DNA of 64,000 bases from Anaeramoeba ignava BMAN (lineage: Eukaryota; Protista; Anaeramoebae), in assembly GCA_028826165.1 (NCBI GenBank), contig JAPDFW010000125.1, positions 1-64,000 on the forward strand, written 5' to 3'. The notes beneath the pieces are model-generated. The model was not told the DNA's origin. It did no database searches and was given only the letters and a program-made list of their open reading frames with translations. Below, piece after piece: positions 1 to 14,100 of the stretch (position 1 is its first letter; every line of letters starts with the position of its first letter). The position numbers and the translations under genes are program-made.

Positions 1-3000
1 TTCATCTATTATTTTTGTTAAATAAATAATTTAAATAAAATAAAATTGTTTTTATTTTTATTTTTGTTTTTGTTTTTATTTTTGTTTTTAAAATTGAAAA
101 AAAATTATACCTTTATCATTTTCTTGAATTGAATTTTTAAGTTTTGTAAAATAAATTTTTGCTTTATCTAATGATTGAGTAATTTCTTGTTTTTGTTTTT
201 GTTTTTGTTTTTGTTTCCATTTGTTCCAATTTTTTCTTTTTTTCCTTTTTAATTTTCTTGTTTCTAATTTAATTTGTTCTTTTTCTTCAATTCTTTTTCT
301 GTTTGATATTTAATTGAATTGAAGTTATAATAAGATATTATTCTTTTGTCTTCTTCTTTAAGTTCTTCTTCAATATTTGAATTTAATAAAATGGATTTGG
401 TTTCATTTAAATTAAATGATTTTTGATTTGTTGAAATTGTTGAAAAAGTAAATGTTTGTGTTTGTTGAATTTGTGTGAATAAAATTGAAAAGAATTTATC
501 ATTATCAAAATATTCTTCTTTTTCTTGAGAATTAATAGTTTCGTTTTGGTTTAATTTAATTAATGAATTTAGATTTAATCCTTCTTTCTTTTGTTTTTGT
601 AATAATTTGTAAATGTTTTCTTGGGAATTTTCTTTCCATTTTTGTTGAAAAAGTTGTAATAATTGAAATTTGTTTTGAATTGATTGATGTAAGGAAATTA
701 ATCCAATAAAACTGATATTTTGTTCAAGTTGTGAATTTTTGAAATCAAATCTTTGAATAATTTGTTGAATATTTGGAATAATAAATTCTTCACATTTTTC
801 AATAAGAAATTTAGATGAAATGTTTTGACTTTTGAAATAAATGATAGCAATATTATCAAGTTGTAGATATTCTTTCATTTCAAGCTCAATTTGTTTTTTA
901 ACATCATTTAACTTATTTTGATTAGCAAATTCCCAATATTTATCAAATTCTTCTTTATTAAAAGATAATTCTCCACTATAAATATATTCCATTATTGGTG
1001 TAACAATATTTGAATGAAAATTATTAAATGTTAATTTTGTCTGTTGTTTTTCAAAAATTTTGGTTAAAAAGTTAATGAACGAGCAGTCAAAATGGATTTA
1101 TGGCAATAAAGTATTCTTTTTATCAATTCCACAATAAATTTGGATATCTGATGTTTTTTTTTATTGAATATTGATAAAATTTGTTTCTGATGTTTTTTTA
1201 TTAAAAATTCTTTAAGTTTTTGTAATTCGTTTTTGGTTTTTGGTTTTGATTCATTTTTCCCTTTTTCAAATAAATAAAATTAAATTTAATTAATAATTTA
1301 TAAATATTTTGATTATTTAAAAATAATTTAGATAAATAATATTTTTATATTTTTAAATAAATAAAATAAATAAAAATTAAATAATTTTAATTGATAATTT
1401 ATAAATATTTTTATTATTTAAATAATTTATGTTTAAAATAATTATTATATATTTATAAATCACTTACTTTTATTGTCTGATGTTTTCTATTTTGTTTTTC
1501 AAATAAATAAAATAAATTTAAAATAAATTATAAATATTTTTATTATTCAAATAATTTAAATAAATAATTTATGTTTAAAATAATATTTTATATATTTTTA
1601 ATTAAATATTGTTTTTGCTCTTTTTCAAATAAATAAAACAATTTAAAATTAAATTTAATTAATAATTTATAAATATTTTTGTTGATTTAAATAAATTAAA
1701 TAATAATTTATGCGTAAAATTATATTTTTATATTTTTATTAATTATTTCTTTTTCCTTTTTTTTTAATAAATAAAATAAATTGAAATTAAATAAATTTAA
1801 TTAATAATTTATAAATATTTCGATTATTTAAATAATTTAAATAAATGATTTATGTGTAAAATAATAATTATATATTTTTATATTTTTAAATTTCTTACTT
1901 TATTTTTTTTTTCCTTTTTTTTATTAAATAAAATAAATTGAAATTAAATAATATTAATTAATAATTTATAAATATTTTGTTTATTTAAATAATTTAAATA
2001 AATAATTTATGTGAAATATTAATTTAATATTTTTATATTTTTAAATTTTTTAATTTTTAATGATGCTTTCTGTTTTTCCTTTTTATTAAATAAAATAAAT
2101 TGAAATTAAATAATATTAATTAATAATTTATAAATATTTTGTTTATTTAAATAATTTAAATAAATAATTTATGTGTGAAATAATAATAATTATAAATATT
2201 TAATTTAATATTTTTAATTTAATTATTTTTAATTTTTTTTTTATTAAATAAAATAAATTAAAATTAAATAATTTTAATAAATAATTTATAAATATTTTGT
2301 TTATTTAAATAATTTAGATAAATAATTTATGTTTAAAATAATAATTTAATATTTTTAATTTAATTATTTTTAATTTTTAATTTGTGTTTTTCCTTTTTAA
2401 TAAATAAAATAAATTAAAATTAAATAATTTTAATAAATAATTTATAAATATTTTGATTATTTAAATAATTTAAATAAATAATTTATGTGTGAAATAATAT
2501 TTTAATATTTTTAATTTAATTATTTTTAATTTTTAATTTGTTTTTTTCCTTTTTTTAATAAATAAAATAAATTGAAATTAAATAATATTAATTGATATTT
2601 TATAAATATTTTGATTATTTAAATAATTTAGATAAATGATTTTATGTGTAAAATAATAATTATATATTTTTATATTTTTTAAATTTTTACTTTTATTTTG
2701 ATGTTTTGTTTTTTTCCTTTTTAATAAATAAAATAAATTGAAAATTAAATAATATTAATTAATAATTTATAAATATTTTGATTATTTAAAATAATTTAGA
2801 TAAATAATTTATGTTTAAAATAATAATTTAATATTTTTAATTTAATTATTTTTAATTTTTAATTTGTTTTTTTCCTTTTTTTTTAATAAATAAAATAAAT
2901 TTAAATTAATTAATATTAATAAATAATAATTTATAAATATTTTGGTTATTTAAATAATTTAAATAAATAATTTATGTGTAAAAAATAATAAATATAAATA

Positions 3001-3030
3001 AATTACTTTTATTTCTTTGTGTTTACTTTT
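1..3030 (-). pseudogene. Disrupted BTB/POZ-domain gene, continuing off the left edge
   Basis: ORF 264-992 starts MEYIYSGELSF, a typical BTB C-terminal motif. Upstream frameshifted pieces read SDIQIYCGIDKK and FNNFHSNIVTPI. There are stops and frameshifts at 993-1260 and below 264, a GT-AG intron at 6-110, an acceptor at 1261, a first donor at 3005-3006, and an Inr-like motif at about 3040-3060. Could instead be unpolished assembly. Confidence 0.6.
1261..3006. repeat. Satellite A, about 130-165 bp unit, about 11-12 copies, made of intron+microexon units of the BTB gene
   Basis: Recurring aaataaataaaataaatt...ataaatattttg(a/t)ttatttaaataattta(g/a)ataaataatttatgt. Unit junctions carry minus-strand splice sites. 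Confidence 0.85.
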
Positions 3031-3099
3031 GTGAAAAAAAAAATGAAAAAAAAATGAAAAATTTGTTTTTATTTTTTTAATTAAAAAAGAAAAAAAAAA

Positions 3100-6000
3100 T
3101 AAATTAAAAAAGAAAATTTCTTATTTATTAAGTTTTGAATAAATTTCAAAGCAAATTGTTTATTTAATTTCTTTTTCAAAAATGAAATAAAATTGATAAA
3201 ATTGTTCTTAATCATAATTTTGAATTTTTTTTAACTAAATTTATTTATTTTTTTCCAAATAAAAATCAATTAAAATATTTTTTTTGAAAGAATTTATAAA
3301 TAAATTAAATCTATTTAAATATTGAATTTCTTTCTATTTTTTTTTTTGGAAATAATTTAATAATAATTTTTAAATCAAAACAATTCAATTCTATCTATTT
3401 TTTTTTTTGGAATTTAAATAATAATCCTATCTATTTTTTTTTGGAATTTAAATATTAATTCTATTAACAAAAAAGAGAAATTTTTTGAATATTTTATATT
3501 TTGTAATAAAAAATCAAGAAATATTTCTTTTTTTGGAAATGTTTTGATTTGAGTTTGAGGTTTATAAAGGAAATAAATTTGGAAATTTTGTTGAATAAAA
3601 AAGAAAGGAATAAATAAATAATAAATAAATAAATAAATAGTTTTTTTCAAAGTTATTCAAAAGTAGAATTAAATAAAATCTTCCAAAATTTGAAGATAAA
3701 TATTTTAAAGAAGATTTGTTGAGTATTTATATAATAATTGATTTATCTCTATAATATTTGTGAATTTGGAAATATTTTGAAATCAAATTTGTTTTGGATT
3801 ATATTTTGGATTAAATAAATGAACAGATATCATGTTTTTAAAAAGAATTTTGAATATTTCTTGATTAAATTGATTTAAATATTAAATTCAATAAGAGTTA
3901 GAATTTTGATATTTATATTATTTTCCAATATCTAAGTAAAGAGAATTGAAATTTAAAAGTGATTTGGGATTTTGAAGATTATTTTCATTTTTTTCATTTT
4001 GTTTTTCCAATAAGGATTTAATTTCTCAATTTTAAAGAAGTTAGAATTTATAAATAATTTTTTGTTGTTGTTGTTAAATAATTAAGATTAATGAACAGAA
4101 ATAACTTGTTATTGTTTAGAATTTTGTGAATTTAAATTGGATTTGAAATTTAATTTAATATTTTGAAAAAGAATTTTCTTGTTTGATATTAATGGAAATC
4201 TCTTCAAAATGGAATGATTAATAAATATTTATGATTAGGAATTTTGTAATTTTATCAATTATTTTGGAGAAATGAAGAATAATTTTGTAATAATTAAATT
4301 AAATTAAATTAAATTAAATTTATTGATAAAATTGAGTTATATCTATTATATTTTTTGAATAGATTAAATAGAAGTATATTTCCTTGAAATAAATAAAGAA
4401 TTTGTGAATATTATTGAAATTATTAAGAAATGTATTTTCAATTCAATTCAATTTAATATTCTTTTTCTTGAAGAAAATAATTTAATAATAATTTTGAAAT
4501 GGAAATAAATAATATTCTGTAAATTGGAAATATTTCTAAAGAAAGGATATATAAATTATTCAAAAATGTTGTTGAATTTTGTTAATTTTGTTTTAGAATA
4601 TAAAAAGTTGTAATTAATCATCAATTTCAAAATATTTGTGGAAAATATTATTTTTGTGTGTATTGAATAATTGATATTTACAAATAAAAGGAGAAATATT
4701 TTGTGAAGATTTGTGAAAATAAGTATTCATTAATATCAGTAATTTTTTATTCAAAAAAAATATTCAAGAAATATATTTTGATTTTATCTTTTTTTCAGTT
4801 TCAAGAAAATGGAAAAAATTCCATAATTTCAATATTTGGTTAATTGTTTATTTGTGATATTTTGATTCAAGAAATAAATAAATATTCAAATTATTATTTT
4901 AAGTTATTGAATATATGTATCAAGTGTTTCCAATGCAAAAGTAAATTGAAGATATTTAAATAATTTTCATAAATTCTTGAAATAATAAAAATGGAAATAA
5001 GTATTTCTGTTTATGGATTAAATTGTTGAATATATGTAAGATAGATATTTTTGTTGTTGATAATAATTCAAATTCTTCTTTCTTTTCATAATATAAATCA
5101 AATAAAATAATCTTGAAAAATTGTGAGATTTGAGAAATATTGATTAAAGTGGAAGAAAATATTTCTGTAATGATGTAAACAGTTAGAAAGTTTGTTTTTG
5201 AAGGGAAATGAATGAAAATTGTTGTATATTCAATATTAAAAGATCAAATAAGTGTTGAAATATTTTGGAAATCAAGAATATTTTCTTTTCTTTTCTTTTT
5301 ATTGTAAATGTTTCAATTTGTGGATTATCTCTTAATTGTTATTCTATTTTTTCTTAATAGAAAAATCTATATTAAATAAAATTCTTTCTTTCTTCTTCTT
5401 TTAAATTTCTTTTTAAAATATCCAATATTGTTAAATATCAATACTTTTCATTTAATTCAAATATTAAAATGAATTCTGTAATAAGATCTGTAAAAAACAG
5501 GAGAAACAAATAAGAATTAATAAAATATTTCATGTGTTAATTATAGATTTTAAGGAAATATTTTGGTTATTAATTTAATTACACAAATTTCTTCTTCTTC
5601 TTTTTTTCGAATAAGAAATAACATTAAAAAGAGAATATAAAGGTTTTTCTTTATAATATCAATAAATAGATTATGAAAATACAGTAAGCTTGTTATTGTT
5701 TGTTTTATGTTAATTTCTTTTTTTGATTTTGAAATGTAGAATTGTTTTAAAATATCCATTTTAAGTTCTTTTTCTTTTTCTTCTGTAAATTATTCCATAA
5801 TAATATTTGGTTTTATCTTGATATTTTAATTTATTGATTTCAAATCCTTTTCAATTAGATTCAATCTATTTTCTTTTTGTGTTTCTATTCAAAGATTCTG
5901 TTTTAATATCAATTTTATCAACTGAAATATATATTTTTATTGTATTATTTTTGAATTGAGAAAAAGAGATATAATGTTATTGATGAATTTTTTTTTGATT

Positions 6001-8408
6001 TAATACAAAGGTGAAAACTTGAATATTTATCAATTTGATTTCCTTTTTCTTTTATTATTATTTTTGTTTTTGCAATTAAATTTTCATAATCAAAATTAAT
6101 GTAAATTTGATTTGATTTCTTTAAATATTATGAAGAGATATATTTATTTTGTTGATTATAATTTTGTTTGAATTTCATTTCAATTTGTAAATAATTTGAT
6201 AATTTAAATTATTTGTTTTTTGATAATTGAAATTTATTGTTAGATTTTTTTTTGTAGAGAAAATGTATCAATTTTGATTTTTGATTTGGGAATTTTGTTT
6301 CATAATTTTATTCAATTAATATAATAAGTTTCATTTTCAAAATTATTTTTTTTTGAATATAAGGAAATATTTTATAAAATTTTGAGAGTTTTTATTTGAT
6401 AAATTCTATTGTATTCCTTTTTTAAATAAATAAAAAAATTATTTTGGAATTTGAATTAAAAAAAATTTAAATCAAATAAAATAATTTACTATTGGATAAT
6501 AATAATCATCTTCAATTTTCTAAATTGTTTTAATAATTATTTCTTGAATAAAATCAACAATTTCAAATCATTTTTTGAAGCAAAGAATTTTGAAAATTTT
6601 CTTTAATAATAATATCTAAATATTTCTTCAATTTTTATTTCTTCATTATTATTTTTAACATATTTATATTTATTTTTAAATCATTTTTAAATTAATTTAG
6701 ATAATAAAACCTTTTTATAAATTATATAAATAAATTATTTTACATTTTAATTTTAATTTTAATTACTTATTTTTTGATTAAATTTATATTAAAAATGATT
6801 AAATTATTTTATTAATTATTTAATCAAAAAATTAAATAATAAAATTATATTTTATATTATTAATTTATTTCAAAATAATTTATAATTTAAATTTAATTAA
6901 ATATTATTATTTAATATTATTTAAAATTATTTTATTTTTTTTGGAAATTAAATTAATTAAATTTATTTTTGATTTAAATTTATATTTATTTTTAAATCAA
7001 TTTTGAATTAATTTAGATAATAAATTCTTTTTATAAATTATGTAAATAAATTATTTTATATTTTAATTTTAATTTTTATTATTTAATTTTTGATTAAATT
7101 TATATTAAAAATGTTTAAATTATTTTATTAATTATTTAATAAGTAAAATAAATAATAAAAAATTATATTTTATATTAATAATTTATTTCAAATTAATTTA
7201 TAATTTAAATTTAATTAAATATTATTATTTAATATTATTTAAAAATTATTTTATTTTTTTTGGAAATAAAATTAATTAAATTTTATTTTTGATTTAAATT
7301 TATATTTATTTTTAAATCTATTTTGAATTAATTTAGATAATAAATCCTTTTTATAAATTATATAAATAAATTATTTTATATTTTAATTTTAATTTTTATT
7401 ATTTAATTTTTGATTAAATTTATATTAAAAATGATTAAATTATTTTATTAATTATTTAATAAGGAAAATAAATAATAAAATTATATTTTATATTATCAAT
7501 TTATTTCAAAATAATTTATACTTTAAAATTAATTAAATATTATTATTTAAATTTATTTAAAATTATTTTATTTTTGGAAATAAAATTAATTAAATTTAAT
7601 TTTTGATTTAAATTTATATTTATTTTAAAATCAATTTTGAATTAATTTAGATAATAAATCCTTTTTATAAATTATATAAGTAAATTATTTTACATTTTAA
7701 TTTTAATTTTTATTATTTAATTTTTGATTAAATTTATATTAAAAATGATTAAATTATTTTATTAATTATTTAATAAGGAAAATAAATAATAAAATTATAT
7801 TTTATATTAATAATTTATTTCAAAATAATTTATACTTTAAATTTAATTAAATATTATTATTTAAATTTATTTAAAATTATTTTATTTTTGGAAATTAAAT
7901 TAATTAAATTTAATTTTTGATTTAAATTTATATTTATTTTAAAATCAATTTTGAATTAATTTAGATAATAAATCCTTTTTATAAATTATATAAATAAATT
8001 ATTTTACATTTTAATTTTAATTTTTATTATTTAATTTTTGATTAAATTTATATTAAAAATGTTTAAATTATTTTATTAATTATTTAATAAGGGAAATAGA
8101 TAGTAAAATTATATTTTATATTATTAATTTATTTCAAATTAATTTATACTTTTAAATTTAATTAAATATTATTATTTAAATTTATTTAAAAATTATTTTT
8201 ATTTTTGGAAATTAAATTAATTAAATTTAATTTTTGATTTAAATTTATATTTATTTTTAAATCTATTTTAAATTAATTTAGATAATAAATTCTTTTTATA
8301 AATTATATAAATAAATTATTTTACATTTTAATTAACATTTTCTCTTTATTTTTTTTATAATTTTTATTTGAAATTTTTATTTGATTTTTTCTTTTTTTTT
8401 CTTTTCAT
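3100..8408 (-). pseudogene. Long decayed protein-coding gene of unknown family
   Basis: 3100-6660 has coding-like composition with short interrupted frames (ORFs 3414-3650, 5550-5759) and a GT-AG intron at about 6418-6490. Candidate ATG at 8408 lies downstream of the Inr-like motifs at 8431-8448, with a donor at 8323-8324. Many stops and frameshifts; boundaries approximate. Confidence 0.5.
6662..8335. repeat. Satellite B, about 316 bp unit, about 5.3 copies, inside the putative first intron of the pseudogene
   Basis: ttagataataaa recurs at about 6698, 7013, 7332, 7647, 7961 and 8278. Confidence 0.9.
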
Positions 8409-8451
8409 TTTTTTAATTTAAAAAAAAACAAAAAATGAAAAAAATGAATAA

Positions 8452-10958
8452 AAGTTTTAAAATCATTTCTTGATTAATTTTATTGCAAAAATAGTAAATA
8501 AATTATTAAAAATTAAATTAAATATTTATCTAAAATTTTTGTTTCAAATTTATTTCTTTATTTTTAATAATATTTATTTAATATTAATAATAAATTCTTT
8601 TTAAAAATCATTTCTTAATTAATTTTATTGCAAAATAATAAATTAATTATTATTAAAAATTAAATAAAATAATAAATGAAATATTTTAATCAAGTTTATT
8701 TCTTTATTTTTAATAATATTTATTTAATATTAATAATAAATTCTTTTTAAAATTATTTCTTAATTAATTTTATTACAAAATATTAAATTAATTATTATTA
8801 AAAATTAAGTAAAATAATAAATAAAATATTTTAATTAATTTTATTTCTTTATTTTTAATAACAATAATTTAATATTAATAATAAATTCTTTTTAAAATCA
8901 TTTCTTAATTAATTTTATTACAAAATAGTAAATTAATTATAATTAAAAATTAAATTAAAATTTTATTTAATTTTTTTTTTCAAATTTATTTCTTTATTTT
9001 TAATAATAATAATTTACTATTAATAATAAATTCTTTTTAAAATCATTTCTTAATTAATTTTATTGCAAAATAGTAAATTAATTATAATTAAAAATTAAAT
9101 TAAATTTTTATTTAATTTTTGTTTCAAATTTATTTCTTTATTTTTAATAATATTAATTTAATATTAATAATAAATTCTTTTTAAAATCATTTCTTAATTA
9201 ATTTTATTGCAAAATAGTAAATTAATTATAATTAAAAATTAAATTAAATTTTTATTTAATTTTTGTTTCATTTTATTTCTTTATTTTTAATAACATTAAT
9301 TTAATATTAATAATAAATCCTTTTTAAAATCATTTCTTGATTAATTTTATTGCAAAAATAATAAATTAATTATTATTAAAAATTAAATAAAATAATAAAT
9401 AAAATATTTTAATTAAATTTATTTCATTATTTTTAATAATATTTATTTAATATTAATAATAAAAAGGTTTTAAAATCATTTCTTAATTAATTTTATTGCA
9501 AAATAATAAATTAATTATTATTAAAAATTAAATAAAATATTTATCTAATTTTTGTTTCAAATTTATTTCTTTATTTTTAATAATATTAATTTAATATTAA
9601 TAATAAATTCTTTTTTAAATCATTTCTTAATTAATTTTATTGCAAAATAATAAATTAATTATTATTAAAAATTAAATTAAATTTTTATCTAATTTTTGTT
9701 TCAAATTTATTTCTTTATTTTTAATAATATTAATTTAATATTAATAATAAATTCTTTTTAAAATCATTTCTTAATTAATTTTATTGCAAAATAATAAATT
9801 AATTATTATTAAAAATTAAATTAAATATTTATCTAATTTTTGTTTCAAATTTATTTCTTTATTTTTAATAATAATAATTTAATATTAATAATAAATTCTT
9901 TTTAAAATTATTTCTTAATTAATTTTATTGCAAAATATTAAATTAATTATTATTAAAAATTAAAGTAAAAATAATAAATAAAATATTTTAATCAATTTTA
10001 TTTCTTTATTTTTAATAATATTAATTTAATATTAATAATAAATTCTTTTTAAAATCATTTCTTAATTAATTTTATTGCAAAATAATAAATTAATTATAAT
10101 TAAAAATTAAATTAAATATTTATCTAATTTTTGTTTCAAATTTATTTCTTTATTTTTAATAATAATTATTTAATATTAATAATAAATTCTTTTTAAATTA
10201 TTTCTTAATTAATTTTATTGCAAAATAGTAAATTAATTATTATTAAAAATTAAATTAAATTTTTATCTAATTTTTGTTTCAAATTTATTTCTTTATTTTT
10301 AATAATATTTATTTAATATTAATAATAAATTCTTTTTAAAAATCATTTCTTAATTAATTTTATTGCAAAAATAATAAATAAATTATAATTAAAAATTAAA
10401 TTAAATTTTTATCTAATTTTGTTTCAAATTTATTTCTTTTATTTTTAATAACATTTATTTAATATTAATAATAAATTCTTTTTAAATCATTTCTTAATTA
10501 ATTTTATTGCAAAATAATAAATTAATTATTATTAAAAATTAAATTAAAATTTTTATCTAATATTTGTTTCAAATTTATTTCTTTTATTTTTAATAATATT
10601 TATTTAATATTAATAATAAATTCTTTTTAAATCATTTTTAATTAATTTTATTGCAAAATAATAAATAAATTATAATTAAAAATTAAGTAAAATTTTTATT
10701 TAATTTTTGTTTTAAATTTATTTCTTTATTTTTAATAATTTTTATTTAATATTAATAATAAATTCTTTTTAAAATTATTTCTCGATTAATTTTATTGCAA
10801 AATAATAAATTAATTATAATTAAAAATTAAATAAAATAATAAATGAAATATTTTAATTAATTTTATTTCTTTATTTTTAATAATGTTAATTTAATATTAA
10901 TAATAAATTCTTTTTAGAATCATTTCTTAATTAATTTTATTGCAAAATATTAAATTAA
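8452..10958. repeat. Satellite C, about 145 bp unit, about 17.5 copies, intergenic
   Basis: tcatttcttaattaattttattgcaaaa recurs every 143-147 bp, with two alternative middle segments. Confidence 0.95.
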
Positions 10959-11115
10959 AAAAGGATTTTTTTCTGATTACATTTTTTAAAATTATTTTTT
11001 TTATTGTTTTATAATTGTTTTGAATGAAAAAAAAACAAGAAACAAAATCAATTTTTGAAATAAATTAAATTGTTCAAGTTCAAATTCAAATTAAAATTCA
11101 AATTAAAAAAGAAAA

Positions 11116-14100
11116 TTAATTATTTTTAGAAAGATCATTATTATAAAATTTTGAGTTTTGAAATCTTTGATTTTGGAATTTTTCTAAAGAAATATCTTCA
11201 AGAATAACTGGAGAAGAAGGAGATAAAGAAGGACCGAATATCATGTCTTCATAATGAGAAGGTTTTTTAATAGGAATAGCACGTTGATTTGTAGTTTCTT
11301 GTTGGTTTTGTTGAGAAATAAGAGGATTTTGTTTTGGAGCATTTCTAAACAGGTTTAATTTTTGGTTTTTTGTGATTTGGTCACGAGGAGTTGGTGGTTG
11401 TGAAAGGGAATTTGAATTTGAATTTGATTTGGTTTTATCTGAGTTTCTTTTCTTTTTTGAATGTTTTTTATGAGATTTTTGGTGAATTGAAAATTTTTCT
11501 TGTTGAATTCTGTTTTTTGATTTTGATTTGTGTTTATAATAAGGAATGATATTTTGGAGTTCTTGGTTATTTTTTTGTTTTTGTTGTTTTTGTTGTTTTT
11601 GTTTTTCGAAGGGACTATCAATTTCCTTTTCAAATGGACTTTCAATTTCTTTTTCAATTTCTTCATTTTTTTTAGAATTCAAGTTCAAATTGGAAATTAA
11701 ATTGATATTTGTTTCATTTAAGCGTGAAATATTTTTTGATTTTCCAGAAGTTTTGTGGATACGATGTTCTTTGTGGGAATTTTTCTTTGAATGCTTTGCG
11801 CGGGAGTGTTTGTTTTTTCTATTCTTGGGTTCGATATTTTCTTCTGAATTATTTTTTCTTTGGGTTGTTATTTCGATATATTGTTTAATAACCATATTTC
11901 TAGCGTTTGTTCTAAGAGGGGATTCTTGTTTGTGAATGGGGAATCCACCACTATCGTGTTTTGTGAGAGATGCAGTGATTGTCCATTTATTTGATGGAGG
12001 TGTTGCGAGAACTTCTCCGAGATTTCGAATTAATTGGTTTGAATTTTTATCGTCTTCTTCATCTTTTTGTTGATTTTGCTGGTTCTCGATTTTGTTTGCT
12101 CTTGTTATTGGAATCGGCATTGATTTTTGGTCTTGAATTTCGAATATGCCTGAGTTGTCTTCGTTTTCTAGTTTTCTGAATTTTTCTTTTGTTTTTTCTT
12201 GATGGATGAATAAATTTTCTGATGAAGAATCGCTTTGTTTATAATTGTCTAATTGTCTTCTTAATGAAATTATTTTTTCGAAATAATTTGATTCTGTATT
12301 TTGGTTTGCGTTCATTGAGTCTTCTCTTTCGTTAGTCCAAACTTCAAACATTTGTGTCATTTGGAATGCTTGGAGAAACTAGAATAGAAAAATTAGAATA
12401 AATTATTCAATTATTAAATAAAGTATTAAAATAAATTATTAAATAAAATATTAAATAAAATATTAAATAAAATATTAAATAAAATATTAAATAAAATATT
12501 AAATAAATTATTAAATAAAATATTAAATAAAATATTAAATAAAATATTAAATAAAATATTAAATAAAATATTAAATAAAAATTAAAAAATAAAATAAAAT
12601 AAAATATTAAATAAATATTAAATAAATTAAATTAAAAATATTAAATAAAAATATTAAATAAAATTATTAAATAAAATATTAAATAAAATATTAAATAAAT
12701 TAATAAATTATTAAAATAAATTATTAAATAAAATATTAAATAAAATATTAAATAAATTATTAAATAAAATATTAAATAAATTATTAAATAAATTAATAAA
12801 TAAATTATTAAATAAAATATTAAATAAATTAATAAATAAATTATTAAATAAAATATTAAATAAATTATTAAATAAATTATTAAATAAAATATTAAATAAA
12901 ATATTAAATAAATTATTAAATAAAATATTAAATAAATTAATAAATAAATTATTAAATAAATTTCTTTTACTTTTTTGGTTGATTTTCTCTTCGAATTGGC
13001 AAATGATTCGAAATCAAATGTATTTTTTTTGGTTTCTTTGTCATAAACCATATAATCTTTATAATCACCGAATATTTTATAGAAAAAATTTAGAAAAGAA
13101 TTGACAATTTCTTTAGAATCAAAAATTCCAGTTTCTAAAAAGAAAATGAACAATAAGATTTTTAAATTGAATGAAAAATATTATTATTTATTATTTATTA
13201 TTTATTATTACTTTTGAATTGTTCTTGAGATTTTTTGATATCATTTAATAAATTATTTGCTCTATGAGAAGGTAGTAAAGCGATATCTGCTGGATCAAAT
13301 TCGATAGTATGAGCATCTAAATTTACATAAACAATTTCTTCTAGTGATAATTTTTCGAGTTCTGGTATTAAAGAGTTATGAATTCCTACAATAAAAGGAA
13401 GTGGAGAACAAGCAACAATAAGCATTGATTCAGGGAGAATTGGGGAGAATATATGCTAATTTTTTAAATAAATTATTAAATAAAATATTAAATAAAATAT
13501 TAAATAAAATATTAAATAAAATATTAAATAAAATATTAAATAAAATATTAAATAAAATATTAAATAAATTATTAAATAAAATATTAAATATTAGATATAA
13601 AACCTGCCAATTAAATGGATATAGAAGTGCTGTTGATGCTAATATAATTTTGGAAAGAGTTTCTAAACTTGATGATGAAAATAATATTCTTCGTTCAAAT
13701 ATTATTGAGGCAAATAAGCATATAATTAATTTTGCATCTAAAGTTGAAAATAATTTTTGAAGATCATACTTTTCAAAAGAAAAGAAAAATAAACAATTTT
13801 AAATTTTAAATTTTAAAATTAAAATTAATTTAATTTTCTTTTTTATACTTCTGCATGAAGTTCATCACTTCTTTTAATTTCAATCGATTCTTTTATAAGT
13901 TTTCCTTGAGAATGTAAATTAAAAGATAAATTTTCACCTAAATTAGGAACAGGTTGTTTACGAAGTTCTTCCAAAAAGCTCTTAAAATAATGTATTCCAG
14001 CAACTCTTTTTGATTTTAACATCCATAAAAGTTTTTCCCAAATTGAAAACATTGGATAATCTATAACAATATAAATATTTAAAATAATATAAATATAAAT

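Noticed and set aside
1-8408. Alternative genetic code (stop reassignment) explaining the in-frame stops
   Set aside because: Conserved genes (PRP31, GluRS, DENN) have no internal stops, TAA/TAG/TGA all terminate genes, and the disrupted region also has frameshifts.
8400-8412. Plus-strand initiator motif with a missing downstream gene
   Set aside because: The cat at 8406-8408 is better explained as the ATG of the minus-strand pseudogene; no plus-strand coding sequence follows.
8452-10958. CRISPR-like constant repeat with variable spacer
   Set aside because: Only two recurring middle variants, 145 bp units, no cas genes and a eukaryotic context; it is a satellite.
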